Source of the DNA: Squalus acanthias
Taxonomy: Eukaryota
Direction: 5' to 3'
DNA length: 64,000 bases
Assembly: GCA_030390025.1 (NCBI GenBank)
Contig: JASTWF010000335.1
Span: 434,001 to 498,000 of the forward strand
In this document: one piece after another, positions 49,226 through 61,269 of the stretch
How positions within the stretch are numbered: the stretch's first letter is position 1
Layout of the letters: every line of letters begins with the position of its first letter
The notes under the pieces: generated by a model
Seen by the model: only the letters and a program-made list of their open reading frames with translations
What the model was told of the DNA's origin: nothing
The model's database searches: none
Position numbers and translations under genes: made by a program

Positions 49226-52200
49226 CCCCATCAACCACTCCCAGGGCAGGTACAGCACGGGTTAGATACAGAGTAAAGCTCCCTCGACACTGTCCCATCA
49301 ACCACTCCCAGGGCAGGTACAGCACGGGTTAGATACAGAGTAAAGCTCCCTCGACACTGTCCCATCAAACTCTCCCAGAGCAGGTACAGCACGGGTTAGA
49401 TACAGAGTAAAGCTCCCTCTACACTGTCCCATCAAACACTCCCAGGGCAGGTACAGCACAGGTTAGATACAGAGTAAAGCTCCCTCTACACTGTCCCATC
49501 AAACACTCCCAGGGCAGGTACAGCACGGGTTAGATACAGAGTAAAGCTCCCTCTTCACTGTCCCATCAAACACTCCCAGAGCAGGTACAGCACGGGGGTT
49601 AGATACAGAGTAAAGCTCCCTCTACATTGTCCCATCAAAAACTCCCAGGGCAGGTACAGCACGGGTTAGATACAGAGTAAAGCTCCCTCTACACTGTCCC
49701 ATCAAACACTCCCAGGGCAGGTACAGCACAGGGTTAGATACAGAGTAAAGCTCCCTCTACACTGTCCCATCAAACACTGCCAGGGCAGCTACAGCACGGG
49801 TTAGATACAGAGTAAAGCTCCCTCTACACTGACCCCATCAAACACTTCCAGGGCAGGTACAGCACGGGTTAGATACAGAGTAAAGCTCCCTCTACACTGT
49901 CCCATCAAACACTCCCAGGGCAGGTACAGAACGGGTTAGATACAGAGTAAAGCTCCCTCTACACTGTCCCATCAAACACTCCAAGGGCAGGTACAGAACG
50001 GGTTAGATACAGAGTAAAGCTCCCTCTACACTGTCCCATCAAGCGCTCCCAGGGCAGGAACAGAACGGGTTAGATACAGAGTAAATCTCCCTCTACACTG
50101 TCCCATCAAACACTCCCAGGGCAGGTACAGAACGGGTTAGATACAGAGTAAAGCTCCCTCTACACTGTCCCATCAAACACTCCAAGGGCAGGTACAGAAC
50201 GGGTTAGATACAGAGTAAAGCTCCCTCTACACTGTCCCATCAAGCGCTCCCAGGGCAGGAACAGAACGGGTTAGATACAGAGTAAATCTCCCTCTACACT
50301 GTCCCATCAAACACTCCCAGGGCAGGTACAGAACGGGTTAGATACAGAGTAAAGATCCCTCTACACTGTCCCATCAAACACTCCCAGGGCAGGTACAGCA
50401 TGGGTTAGATACAGAGTAAAGCTCCCTCTACACTGACCCCATCAAACACTCCCAGGGCAGGTACAGCATGGGTTAGATACAGAGTAAAGCTCCCTCTACA
50501 CTGTCCCATCAAACACTCCCAGGGCAGGTACAGCACAGGGTTAGATACAGAGTAAAGCTCCCTCTACACTGTCCCATCAAACACTGCCAGGGCAGGTACA
50601 GCACGGGGTTAGATACAGAGTAAAGCTCCCTCTACACTGACCCCATCAAACACTTCCAGGGCAGGTACAGCACGGGTTAGATACAGAGTAAAGCTCCCTC
50701 TACACTGTCCCATCAAACACTCCCAGGGCAGGTACAGAACGGGTTAGATACAGAGTAAAGCTCCCTCTACACTGTCCCATCAAACACTCCAAGGGCAGGT
50801 ACAGAACGGGTTAGATACAGAGTAAAGCTCCCTCTACACTGTCCCATCAAACGCTCCCAGGGCAGGAACAGAACGGGTTAGATACAGAGTAAAGCTCCCT
50901 CTACACTGTCCCATCAAACACTCCCAGGGCAGGTACAGAACGGGTTAGATACAGAGTAAAGATCCCTCTACACTGTCCCATCAAACACTCCCAGGGCAGG
51001 TACAGCATGGGTTAGATACAGAGTAAAGCTCCCTCTACACTGACCCCATCAAACACTCCCAGGGCAGGTACAGCATGGGTTAGATACAGAGTAAAGCTCC
51101 CTCTACACTGTCCCATCAAACACTCCCAGGACAGGTACAGCACGGGTTAGATACAGAGTAAAGCTCCCTCTACACTGTCCCATCAAACACTCCCAGGGCA
51201 GGTACAGCACGGGTTAGATACAGAGTAAAACTCCCTCTACACTGTCCCATCAAACACTCCCAGGGTCAGGTACAGCACGGGGTTAGATACAGAGTAAAGC
51301 TCCCTCGACACTGTCCCATCAAACACTCCCAGGGCAGGTACAGCACGGGTTAGATACAGAGTAAAGCTCCCTCTACACTGTCCCATCAAACACTCCCAGG
51401 GTCAGGTACAGCACGGGATAGATACAAAGTAAAGCTCCCTCTACACTGTCTCATCAAACACTCCCAGGGCAGGTACAGCACAGGTAAGATACAGAGTAAG
51501 TCTCCCTCTACACTGTCTCATCAAACACTCCCAGGGCAGGTACAGCACGGGTTAGATACAGAGTAAAGCTCCCTCTACACTGTCCCATCAAACACTCCCA
51601 GGGCAGGTACAGCACGGGTTAGATACAGAGTAAAGCTCCCTCTACACTGTCCCATCAAACACTCCCAGGGCAGGTACAGCACGGGTTAGATACAGAGTAA
51701 AGCTCCCTCTACACTGTCCCATCAAACACTCCCAGGGCAGGTACAGCACGGGTTAGATACAGAGTAAAGCTCCCTCTACACTGTCCCATCAAACACTCCC
51801 AGGGCAGGTACAGAACGGGTTAGATACAGAGTAAAGCTCCCTCTACACTGTCCCATCAAACACTCCCAGGGCAGGTACAGAACGGGTTAGATACAGAGTA
51901 AAGCTCCCTCTACACTGTCCCATCAAGCGCTCCCAGGGCAGGAACAGAACGGGTTAGATACAGAGTAAAGCTCCCTCTACACTGTCCCATCAAACACTCC
52001 CAGGGCAGGTACAGAACGGGTTAGATACAGAGTAAAGCTCCCTCTACACTGTCCCATCAAACACTCCCAGGGCAGGTACAGCACGGGTTCGATACAGAGT
52101 AAAGCTCCCTCTACACTGACCCATCAAACACTCCCAGGGCAGGTACAGCACGGGTTAGATACAGAGTAAAGCTCCCTCTACACTGTCCCATCAAACACTG

Positions 52201-53692
52201 CCAGGGCAGGTACAGCACGGGTTAGATACAGAGTAAAGCTCCCTCTACACTGACCCATCAAACACTCCAGGGCAGGTACAGCACGGGTTAGATACAGAGT
52301 AAAGCTCCCTCTACACTGTCCCATCAAACACTCCCAGGGCAGGTACAGCACGGGTTAGATACAGAGTAAAGCTCCCTCTACACTGTCCCATCAAACACTC
52401 CCAGGGCAGGTACAGCACGGGTTAGATACAGAGTAAAGCTCCCTCTACACTGTCCCATCAAACACTCCCAGGGCAGGTACAGCACGGGTTAGATACAGAG
52501 TAAAGCTCCCTCTACACTGTCCCATCAAACACTCCCAGGGCAGGTACAGCACGGGTTAGATACAGAGTAAAGCTCCCTCTACACTGTCCCATCAAACACT
52601 CCCAGGGCAGGTACAGCACGGGTTAGATACAGAGTAAAGCTCCCTCTACACTGTCCCATCAAACACTCCCAGGGCAGGTACAGCACGGGTTAGATACAGA
52701 GTAAAGCTCCCTCTACACTGTCCCATCAAACACTCCCAGGGCAGGTACAGCACGGGTTAGATACAGAGTAAAGCTCCCTCTACACTGTCCCATCAAACAC
52801 TCCCAGGGCAGGTACAGCACGGGTTAGATACAGAGTAAAGCTCCCTCTACACTGTCCCATCAAACACTCCCAGGGCAGGTACAGCACGGGTTAGATACAG
52901 AGTAAAGCTCCCTCTACACTGTCCCATCAAACACTCCCAGGGCAGGTACAGCACGGGTTAGATACAGAGTAAAGCTCCCTCTACACTGTCCCATCAAACA
53001 CTCCCAGGGCAGGTACAGCACGGGTTAGATACAGAGTAAAGCTCCCTCTACACTGTCCCATCAAACACTCCCAGGGCAGGTACAGCACGGGTTAGATACA
53101 GAGTAAAGCTCCCTCTACACTGTCCCATCAAACACTCCCAGGGCAGGTACAGAACGGGTTAGATACAGAGTAAAGCTCCCTCTACACTGTCCCATCAAGC
53201 ACTCCCAGGGCAGGTACAGAACGGGTTAGATACAGAGTAAAGCTCCCTCTACACTGTCCCATCAAGCGCTCCCAGGGCAGGAACAGAACGGGTTAGATAC
53301 AGAGTAAAGCTCCCTCTACACTGTCCCATCAAACACTCCCAGGGCAGGTACAGAACGGGTTAGATACAGAGTAAAGATCCCTCTACACTGTCCCATCAAA
53401 CACTCCCAGGGCAGGTACAGCATGGGTTAGATACAGAGTAAAGCTCCCTCTACACTGACCCCATCAAACACTCCCAGGGCAGGTACAGCACGGGTTAGAT
53501 ACAGAGTAAAGCTCCCTCTACACTGTCCCATCAAACACTTCCAGGGCAGGTACAGCACGGGTTAGATACAGAGTAAAGCTCCCTCTACACTGTCCCATCA
53601 AACACTATGCGGAGATGCCGGTGTTGGACTGGGGTGGACAAAATTGAGAGGTCGCACAACACCAGGTTATAGTCCAACAGTTTTATTTTAAC

Positions 53693-53730
53693 TCACAAGC
53701 TTTCAGAGTTACAACTCCTTCGTCAGGTGA
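53693..53730 (-). ncRNA. Minimal hammerhead ribozyme motif in the inverted pLTR (PLE family A)
   Basis: tcac-CUGACGA-a-ggagt(tgta)actct-GAAA-gc-UU-gtga. Confidence 0.75.
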
Positions 53731-54233
53731 AGTGAGGAGATACAGAATCGTCAAAGCATATATAGATCGAGAACAATGCATGTGTAACTTACAATTGCAG
53801 ACAACTGAATTCAATCATCCTGACTGTTTATCTGCCGAGGTGTGATAAAGTTAATCAGGTCAGCCAGGAAGGTACCACATCAAAGACATAGCAAGATACA
53901 ACTGAGACAATGAGGTGGAATCGCATGGGGTCTAACGTGTCAAAAGCTGCCGTCTGTATGTAAAACGATTAACTTTAAAATTTTTACTTTTTTACTGGGA
54001 ATCACATCTGTGAACAAGCCAACGACGACTCGAGTCCGGATCACGTCATGTATCGTGACATGAACCCAAGATCCCGATTGAGACCGTCTTCATGAGTGCG
54101 GAACTTGGCTATCAGTTTCTGCTCGATGATTTTGCGTTGTCGTGTTTTCCTAAGGCCGCCTTGGAGAACGCTTACCCACAGATCCGAGGCTGAATGTCCT
54201 TGACTGCTGAAGTGTTCCCCGACTGGGAGGTAA

Positions 54234-55160
54234 CACCTCAGCACTTCACTCTACCGCAAGCCCACGGACAACCTCACGATGCTCCACTTCTCCAGCTTCC
54301 ACCCTAACCACGTTAAAGAAGCCATCCCCTATGGACAAGCCCTGCGAATACACAGGATCTGCTCAGACGAGGAGGAACGCGATGGACACCTACGGACGCT
54401 GAAAAACGCCCTCGTAAGAACGGGATATGACGCTCGACTCATCGATCGACAGTTCCGACGGGCCACAGCGAAAAATCGCATAGACCTCCTCAGAAGGCAA
54501 ACACGGGACACAACCAACAGGGTACCCTACGTCGTCCAGTACTTCCCCGGAGCGGAGAAACTACGCCATGTTCTTCGCAGCCTTCAACATGTCATCGATG
54601 ACGACAAACACCTCGCTAAGGCCATCCCCACGCCTCCACTACTTGCCTTCAAACAGCCGCCTAACCTCAGAAGTACCATCGTTCGCAGCAAATTACCCAG
54701 CTTTCAGGATAACAGCGACCACGACACCACACAACCCTGCCACGGCAAACTCTGCAAGACATGCCAGATCATCAACACAGATACCATCATCACACGTGAG
54801 GACACTACCCACCAGGTACATGGTACATACTCATGTGACTCGGCCAACGTTGTCTACCTCATACGTTGCAGGAAAGAATGCACCGCGGCATGGTACATCG
54901 GCGAGACCATGCAGACACTGAGACAACGTATGAACGAGCACCGCGCAACAATCGCCAGGCAGGATTGTTACCTCCCAGTCGGGGAACACTTCAGCAGTCA
55001 AGGACATTCAGCCTCGGATCTGCGGGTAAGCGTTCTCCAAGGCGGCCTTAGGAAAACACGACAACGCAAAATCATCGAGCAGAAACTGATAGCCAAGTTC
55101 CGCACTCATGAAGACGGTCTCAATCGGGATCTTGGGTTCATGTCACGATACATGACGTGA
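54234..55160 (+). CDS. Penelope-like polyprotein C-terminal part (RT thumb, Cys-rich linker, GIY-YIG endonuclease); 5'-truncated but open
   Basis: TSLYRKPTD..LHFSSFHP; PCHGKLCKTC; NVVYLIRC...YIGET...R..EH; HFS...H; E..LI..F.T...GLN. The Cys linker suggests a Neptune-type PLE (inference). Confidence 0.9.
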   Translation, partial: HLSTSLYRKPTDNLTMLHFSSFHPNHVKEAIPYGQALRIHRICSDEEERDGHLRTLKNALVRTGYDARLIDRQFRRATAKNRIDLLRRQTRDTTNRVPYVVQYFPGAEKLRHVLRSLQHVIDDDKHLAKAIPTPPLLAFKQPPNLRSTIVRSKLPSFQDNSDHDTTQPCHGKLCKTCQIINTDTIITREDTTHQVHGTYSCDSANVVYLIRCRKECTAAWYIGETMQTLRQRMNEHRATIARQDCYLPVGEHFSSQGHSASDLRVSVLQGGLRKTRQRKIIEQKLIAKFRTHEDGLNRDLGFMSRYMT

Positions 55161-55470
55161 TCCGGACTCGAGTCGTCGTTGGCTTGTTCACAGATGTGAT
55201 TCCCAGTAAAAAAGTAAAAATTTTAAAGTTAATCGTTTTACATACAGACGGCAGCTTTTGACACGTTAGACCCCATGCGATTCCACCTCATTGTCTCAGT
55301 TGTATCTTGCTATGTCTTTGATGTGGTACCTTCCTGGCTGACCTGATTAACTTTATCACACCTCGGCAGATAAACAGTCAGGATGATTGAATTCAGTTGT
55401 CTGCAATTGTAAGTTACACATGCATTGTTCTCGATCTATATATGCTTTGACGATTCTGTATCTCCTCACT

Positions 55471-55508
55471 TCACCTGACGAAGGAGTTGTAACTCCGAAA
55501 GCTTGTGA
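55471..55508 (+). ncRNA. Minimal hammerhead ribozyme motif in the pLTR (PLE family A)
   Basis: tcac-CUGACGA-a-ggagt(tgta)actcc-GAAA-gc-UU-gtga, followed by aaataaaa. Confidence 0.8.
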
Positions 55509-56306
55509 GTTAAAATAAAACTGTTGGACTATAACCTGGTGTTGTGCGACCTCTCAATTTTGTCCATCAAACACTCCCAGGGCAGGTACAGAACGGGTTA
55601 GATACAGAGTAAAGCTCCCTCTACACTGTCCCATCAAACACTCCAAGGGCAGGTACAGAACGGGTTAGATACAGAGTAAAGCTCCCTCTACACTGTCCCA
55701 TCAAACGCTCCCAGGGCAGGAACAGAACGGGTTAGATACAGAGTAAAGCTCCCTCTACACTGTCTCATCAAACACTCCCAGGGCAGGTACAGAACGGGTT
55801 AGATACAGAGTAAAGATCCCTCTGCACTGTCCCATCAAACACTCCCAGGGCAGGTACAGCATGGGTTAGATACAGAGTAAAGCTCCCTCTACACTGACCC
55901 CATCAAACACTCCCAGGGCAGGTACAGCATGGGTTAGATACAGAGTAAAGCTCCCTCTACACTGTCCCATCAAACACTCCCAGGACAGGTACAGCACGGG
56001 TTAGATACAGAGTAAAGCTCCCTCTACACTGTCCCATCAAACACTCCCAGGGTCAGGTACAGCACAGGGTTAGATACAGAGTAAAGCTCCCTCGACACTG
56101 TCCCATCAAACACTCCCAGGGCAGGTACAGCACGGGTTAGATACAGAGTAAAGCTCCCTCTACACTGTCCCATCAAACACTCCCAGGGTCAGGTACAGCA
56201 CGGGATAGATACAAAGTAAAGCTCCCTCTACACTGTCTCATCAAACACTCCCAGGGCAGGTACAGCACAGGTAAGATACAGAGTAAGTCTCCCTCTACAC
56301 TGTCTC

Positions 56307-57456
56307 ATCGCATAGACCTCCTCAGAAGGCAAACACGGGACACAACCAACAGGGTACCCTACGTCGTCCAGTACTTCCCCGGAGCGGAGAAACTACGCCA
56401 TGTTCTTCGCAGCCTTCAACATGTCATCGATGACGACAAACACCTCGCTAAGGCCATCCCCACGCCTCCACTACTTGCCTTCAAACAGCCGCCTAACCTC
56501 AGAAGTACCATCGTTCGCAGCAAATTACCCAGCTTTCAGGATAACAGCGACCACGACACCACACAACCCTGCCATGGCAAAATCTGCAAGACATGCCAGA
56601 TCATCAACACAGATACCACCATCACACGTGAGGACACTACCCACCAGGTACATGGTACATACTCATGTGACTCGGCCAACGTTGTCTACCTCATACGTTG
56701 CAGGAAAGAATGCACCGCGGCATGGTACATCGGCGAGACCATGCAGACACTGAGACAACGTATGAACGAGCACCGCGCAACAATCGCCAGGCAGGATTGT
56801 TACCTCCCAGTCGGGGAACACTTCAGCAGTCAAGGACATTCAGCCTCGGATCTGCGGGTAAGCGTTCTCCAAGGCAACCTTAGAAACACACGACAACGCA
56901 AAATCATCGAGCAGAAACTGATAGCCAAGTTCCGCACTCATGAAGACGGTCTCAATCGGGATCTTGGGTTTATGTCACGATACATGACGTGATCCGGACT
57001 CGAGTCGTCGTTAGCTTGTTCACAGATGTGATTCCCAGTAAAAAAGTAAAAATTTTCCCAGTAAAAAAGTAATTTTTTTTTAAAGCTTTTCGTTTTACAT
57101 ACAGACGGCAGCTTTTGACACGTTAGAACCCCTGCGACTACACCTCATTGTCTCAGTTGTATCTTGCTATGTCTTTTGATGTGGTACCTTCCTGGCTGAC
57201 TTAATTAACTTTATCACACCTCGGCAGATAGTCAGGATGATTTAATTTATTGGTCTGCAATTGTAAAGTACACATGCTTTGTTTTCCATCTATATATGCT
57301 CTGGCGATTCTGTATCCAATTTACTTCACCTGAGGAAGGAGCAATCGATAGCTCCGAAAGCTTGTGATTTCAAATAAAACTGTTGGACTATAACCTGGTG
57401 TTGTGCGACCTCTCAATTTTGTCCACCCCAGTCCAACACCGGCATCTCCGCATCAT
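56307..57456 (+). mobile_element. Second Penelope-like insertion, 5'-truncated, with complete 3' tail
   Basis: ORF part near-identical to ~54476-55160 (stop at 56992); pLTR ends ccccagtccaacaccggcatctccgcatcat; catc on both flanks. Confidence 0.95.
57326..57367 (+). ncRNA. Minimal hammerhead ribozyme motif, variant stem II
   Basis: tcac-CUGAGGA-a-ggagc(aatcgata)gctcc-GAAA-gc-UU-gtga. Confidence 0.8.
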
Positions 57457-60400
57457 CATCAAACACTCCCAGGGCAGGTACAGCACGGGTTAGATACAGA
57501 GTAAAGCTCCCTCTACACTGTCCCATCAAACACTCCCAGGGCAGGTACCGCACGGGTTAGATACAGAGTAAAGCTCCCTCGACACTGTCCCATCAAACAC
57601 TCCCAGGGCAGGTACCGCACGGGTTAGATACAGAGTAAAGCTCCCTCTACACTGTCCCATCAAACACTCCCAGGGCAGGTACATCGCGGGTTCGATACAG
57701 AGTAAGGCTCCCTCTACACTGTCCCATCAAACACTCCCAGGACAGGAACAGCATGGGTTCGATACAGAGTAAATCTCCCTCTACACTGTCCCATCAAACA
57801 CTCCCAGGGCAGGTACAGCACGGGTTAGATACAGAGTAAAGCTCCCTCTAAACTGTCCCATCAAACACTCCCAGGGCAGGTACAGCACAGGTTAGATACA
57901 GAGTAAAGCTCCCTCTACACTGTCCCACCAAACACTCCCAGGGCAGGTACAGCATGGGTTAGATACAGAGTAAAGCTCCCTCTACACTGTCCCCATCAAA
58001 CACTTCCAGGGCAGGTACAGCACGGGTTAGATACAGAGTAAAGCTCCCTCTACACTGTCCCATCAAACACTCCCAGGGCAGGTACAGCACAGGTTAGATA
58101 CAGAGTAAAGCTCCCTCTACACTGTCCCACCAAACACTCCCAGGGCAGGTACAGCATGGGTTAGATACAGAGTAAAGCTCCCTCTACACTGACCCATCAA
58201 ACACTCCAGGGCAGGTACAGCACGGGTTAGATACAGAGTAAAGCTCCCTCTACACTGTCCCATCAAACACTCCCAGGGCAGGTACAGAACGGGTTAGATA
58301 CAGAGTAAAGCTCCCTCTACACTGTCCCATCAAACACTCCCAGGGCAGGTACAGAACGGGTTAGATACAGAGTAAAGCTCCCTCTACACTGTCCCATCAA
58401 ACACTCCCAGGGCAGGTACAGCACGGGTTAGATACAGAGTAAAGCTCCCTCTACACTGTCCCATCAAACACTCCCAGGGCAGGTACAGAACGGGTTAGAT
58501 ACAGAGTAAAGATCCCTCTACACTGTCCCATCAAACACTCCCAGGGCAGGTACAGCATGGGTTAGATACAGAGTAAAGCTCCCTCTACACTGACCCCTCA
58601 AACACTCCCAGGGCAGGTACAGCATGGGTTAGATACAGAGTAAAGCTCCCTCTACACTGTCCCATCAAACACTCCCAGGACAGGTACAGCACGGGTTAGA
58701 TACAGAGTAAAGCTCCCTCTACACTGTCCCATCAAACACTCCCAGGGCAGGTACAGCACGGGGTTAGATACAGAGTAAAACTCCCTCTACACTGTCCCAT
58801 CAAACACTCCCAGGGTCAGGTACAGCACGGGGTTAGATACAGAGTAAAGCTCCCTCGACACTGTCCCATCAAACACTCCCAGGGCAGGTACAGCACGGGT
58901 TAGATACAGAGTAAAGCTCCCTCTACACTGTCCCATCAAACACTCCCAGGGTCAGGTACAGCACGGGATAGATACAAAGTAAAGCTCCCTCTACACTGTC
59001 TCATCAAACACTCCCAGGGCAGGTACAGCACAGGTAAGATACAGAGTAAGTCTCCCTCTACACTGTCTCATCAAACACTCCCAGGGCAGGTACAGCACGG
59101 GTTAGATACAGAGTAAAGCTCCCTCTACACTGTCCCATCAAACACTCCCAGGGCAGGTACCGCACGGGTTAGATACAGAGTAAAGCTCCCTCTACACTGT
59201 CCCATCAAACACTCCCAGGGCAGGTACCGCACGTGTTATATACAGAGTAAAGCTCCCTCTACACTGTCCCATCAAACACTCCCAGGGCAGGTACATCGCG
59301 GGTTAGATACAGAGTAAGGCTCCCTCTACACTGTCCCATCAAACACTCCCAGGACAGGAACAGCATGGGTTCGATACAGAGTAAATCTCCCTCTACACTG
59401 TCCCATCAAACACTCCCAGGGCAGGTACAGCACGGGTTAGATACAGAGTAAAGCACCCTCTAAACTGTCCCATCAAACACTCCCAGGGCAGGTACAGCAC
59501 AGGTTAGATACAGAGTAAAGCTCCCTCTACACTGTCCCACCAAACACTCCCAGGGCAGGTACAGCATGGGTTAGATACAGAGTAAAGCTCCCTCTACACT
59601 GACCCCATCAAACACTTCCAGGGCAGGTACAGCACGGGTTAGATACAGAGTAAAGCTCCCTCTAAACTGTCCCATCAAACACTCCCAGGGCAGGTACAGC
59701 ACAGGTTAGATACAGAGTAAAGCTCCCTCTACACTGTCCCACCAAACACTCCCAGGGCAGGTACAGCATGGGTTAGATACAGAGTAAAGCTCCCTCTACA
59801 CTGACCCCATCAAACACTTCCAGGGCAGGTACAGCACGGGTTAGATACAGAGTAAAGCTCCCTCTACACTGTCCCATCAAACACTCCCAGGGCAGGTACA
59901 GAACGGGTTAGATACAGAGTAAAGCTCCCTCTACACTGTCCCATCAAACACTCCAAGGGCAGGTACAGAACGGGTTAGATACAGAGTAAAGCTCCCTCTA
60001 CACTGTCCCATCAAACGCTCCCAGGGCAGGAACAGAACGGGTTAGATACAGAGTAAAGCTCCCTCTACACTGTCCCATCAAACACTCCCAGGGCAGGTAC
60101 AGAACGGGTTAGATACAGAGTAAAGATCCCTCTACACTGTCCCATCAAACACTCCCAGGGCAGGTACAGCATGGGTTAGATACAGAGTAAAGCTCCCTCT
60201 ACACTGACCCCATCAAACACTCCCAGGGCAGGTACAGCATGGGTTAGATACAGAGTAAAGCTCCCTCTACACTGTCCCATCAAACACTCCCAGGACAGGT
60301 ACAGCACGGGTTAGATACAGAGTAAAGCTCCCTCCACACTGTCCCATCAAACACTCCCAGGGCAGGTACAGCACAGGTTAGATACAGAGTAAAGCTCCCT

Positions 60401-61269
60401 CTACACTGTCCCATCAAACACTCCCAGGGCAGGTACAGCATGGGTTAGATACAGAGTAAAGCTCCCTCTACACTGACCCCATCAAACACTCCCAGGGCAG
60501 GTACAGCATGGGTTAGATACAGAGTAAAGCTCCCTCTACACTGTCCCATCAAACACTCCCAGGACAGGTACAGCACGGGTTAGATACAGAGTAAAGCTCC
60601 CTCTACACTGTCCCATCAAACACTCCCAGGGCAGGTACAGCACGGGGTTAGATACAGAGTAAAACTCCATCTACACTGTCCCATCAAACACTCCCAGGGT
60701 CAGGTACAGCACGGGGTTAGATACAGAGTAAAGCTCCCTCGACACTGTCCCATCAAACACTCCCAGGGCAGGTACAGCACGGGTTAGATACAGAGTAAAG
60801 CTCCCTCTACACTGTCCCATCAAACACTCCCAGGGCAGGTACCGCACGGGTTAGATACAGAGTAAAGCTCCCTCTACACTGTCCCATCAAACACTCCCAG
60901 GGCAGGTACATCGCGGGTTAGATACAGAGTAAAGCTCCCTCTACACTGTCCCATCAAACACTCCCAAGACAGGAACAGCATGGGTTAGATACAGAGTAAA
61001 TCTCCCTCTACACTGTCCCATCAAACACTCCCAGGGCAGGTATAGCACGGGTTAGATACAGAGTAAAGCTCCCTCTACACTGTCCCATCAAACACTCCCA
61101 GGGCAGGTACAGCACAGGTTAGATACAGAGTAAAGCTCCCTCTACACTGTCCCATCAAACACTCCCAGGGCAGGTACAGCATGGGTTAGATACACAGTAA
61201 AGCTCCCTCTACACAATCCCATCAGTCACTCCCAGGTCGGGTACAGCACGGGTTAGATACAGATTCCCG

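Larger units (their letters stand above)
53607..55566 (+). mobile_element. Penelope-like retroelement, 5'-truncated, with an inverted 5' copy of its 3' end
   Basis: 53607-54235 is the reverse complement of ~54966-55566 plus a ~28-nt extra tail; GIY-YIG ORF; target sequence (a)tcaaacact on both sides. Confidence 0.95.
49227..61262. repeat. 67-bp satellite array, roughly 130 monomers, interrupted by two Penelope-like insertions
   Basis: Unit acactgtcccatcaaacactcccagggcaggtacagcacgggttagatacagagtaaagctccctct; period 67 (ccatc at 52321 and 52388). Confidence 0.98.

Noticed and set aside
49227..61262. CRISPR-like appearance of the regular repeats
   Set aside because: Head-to-tail monomers with no unique spacers, no cas genes, and a vertebrate context
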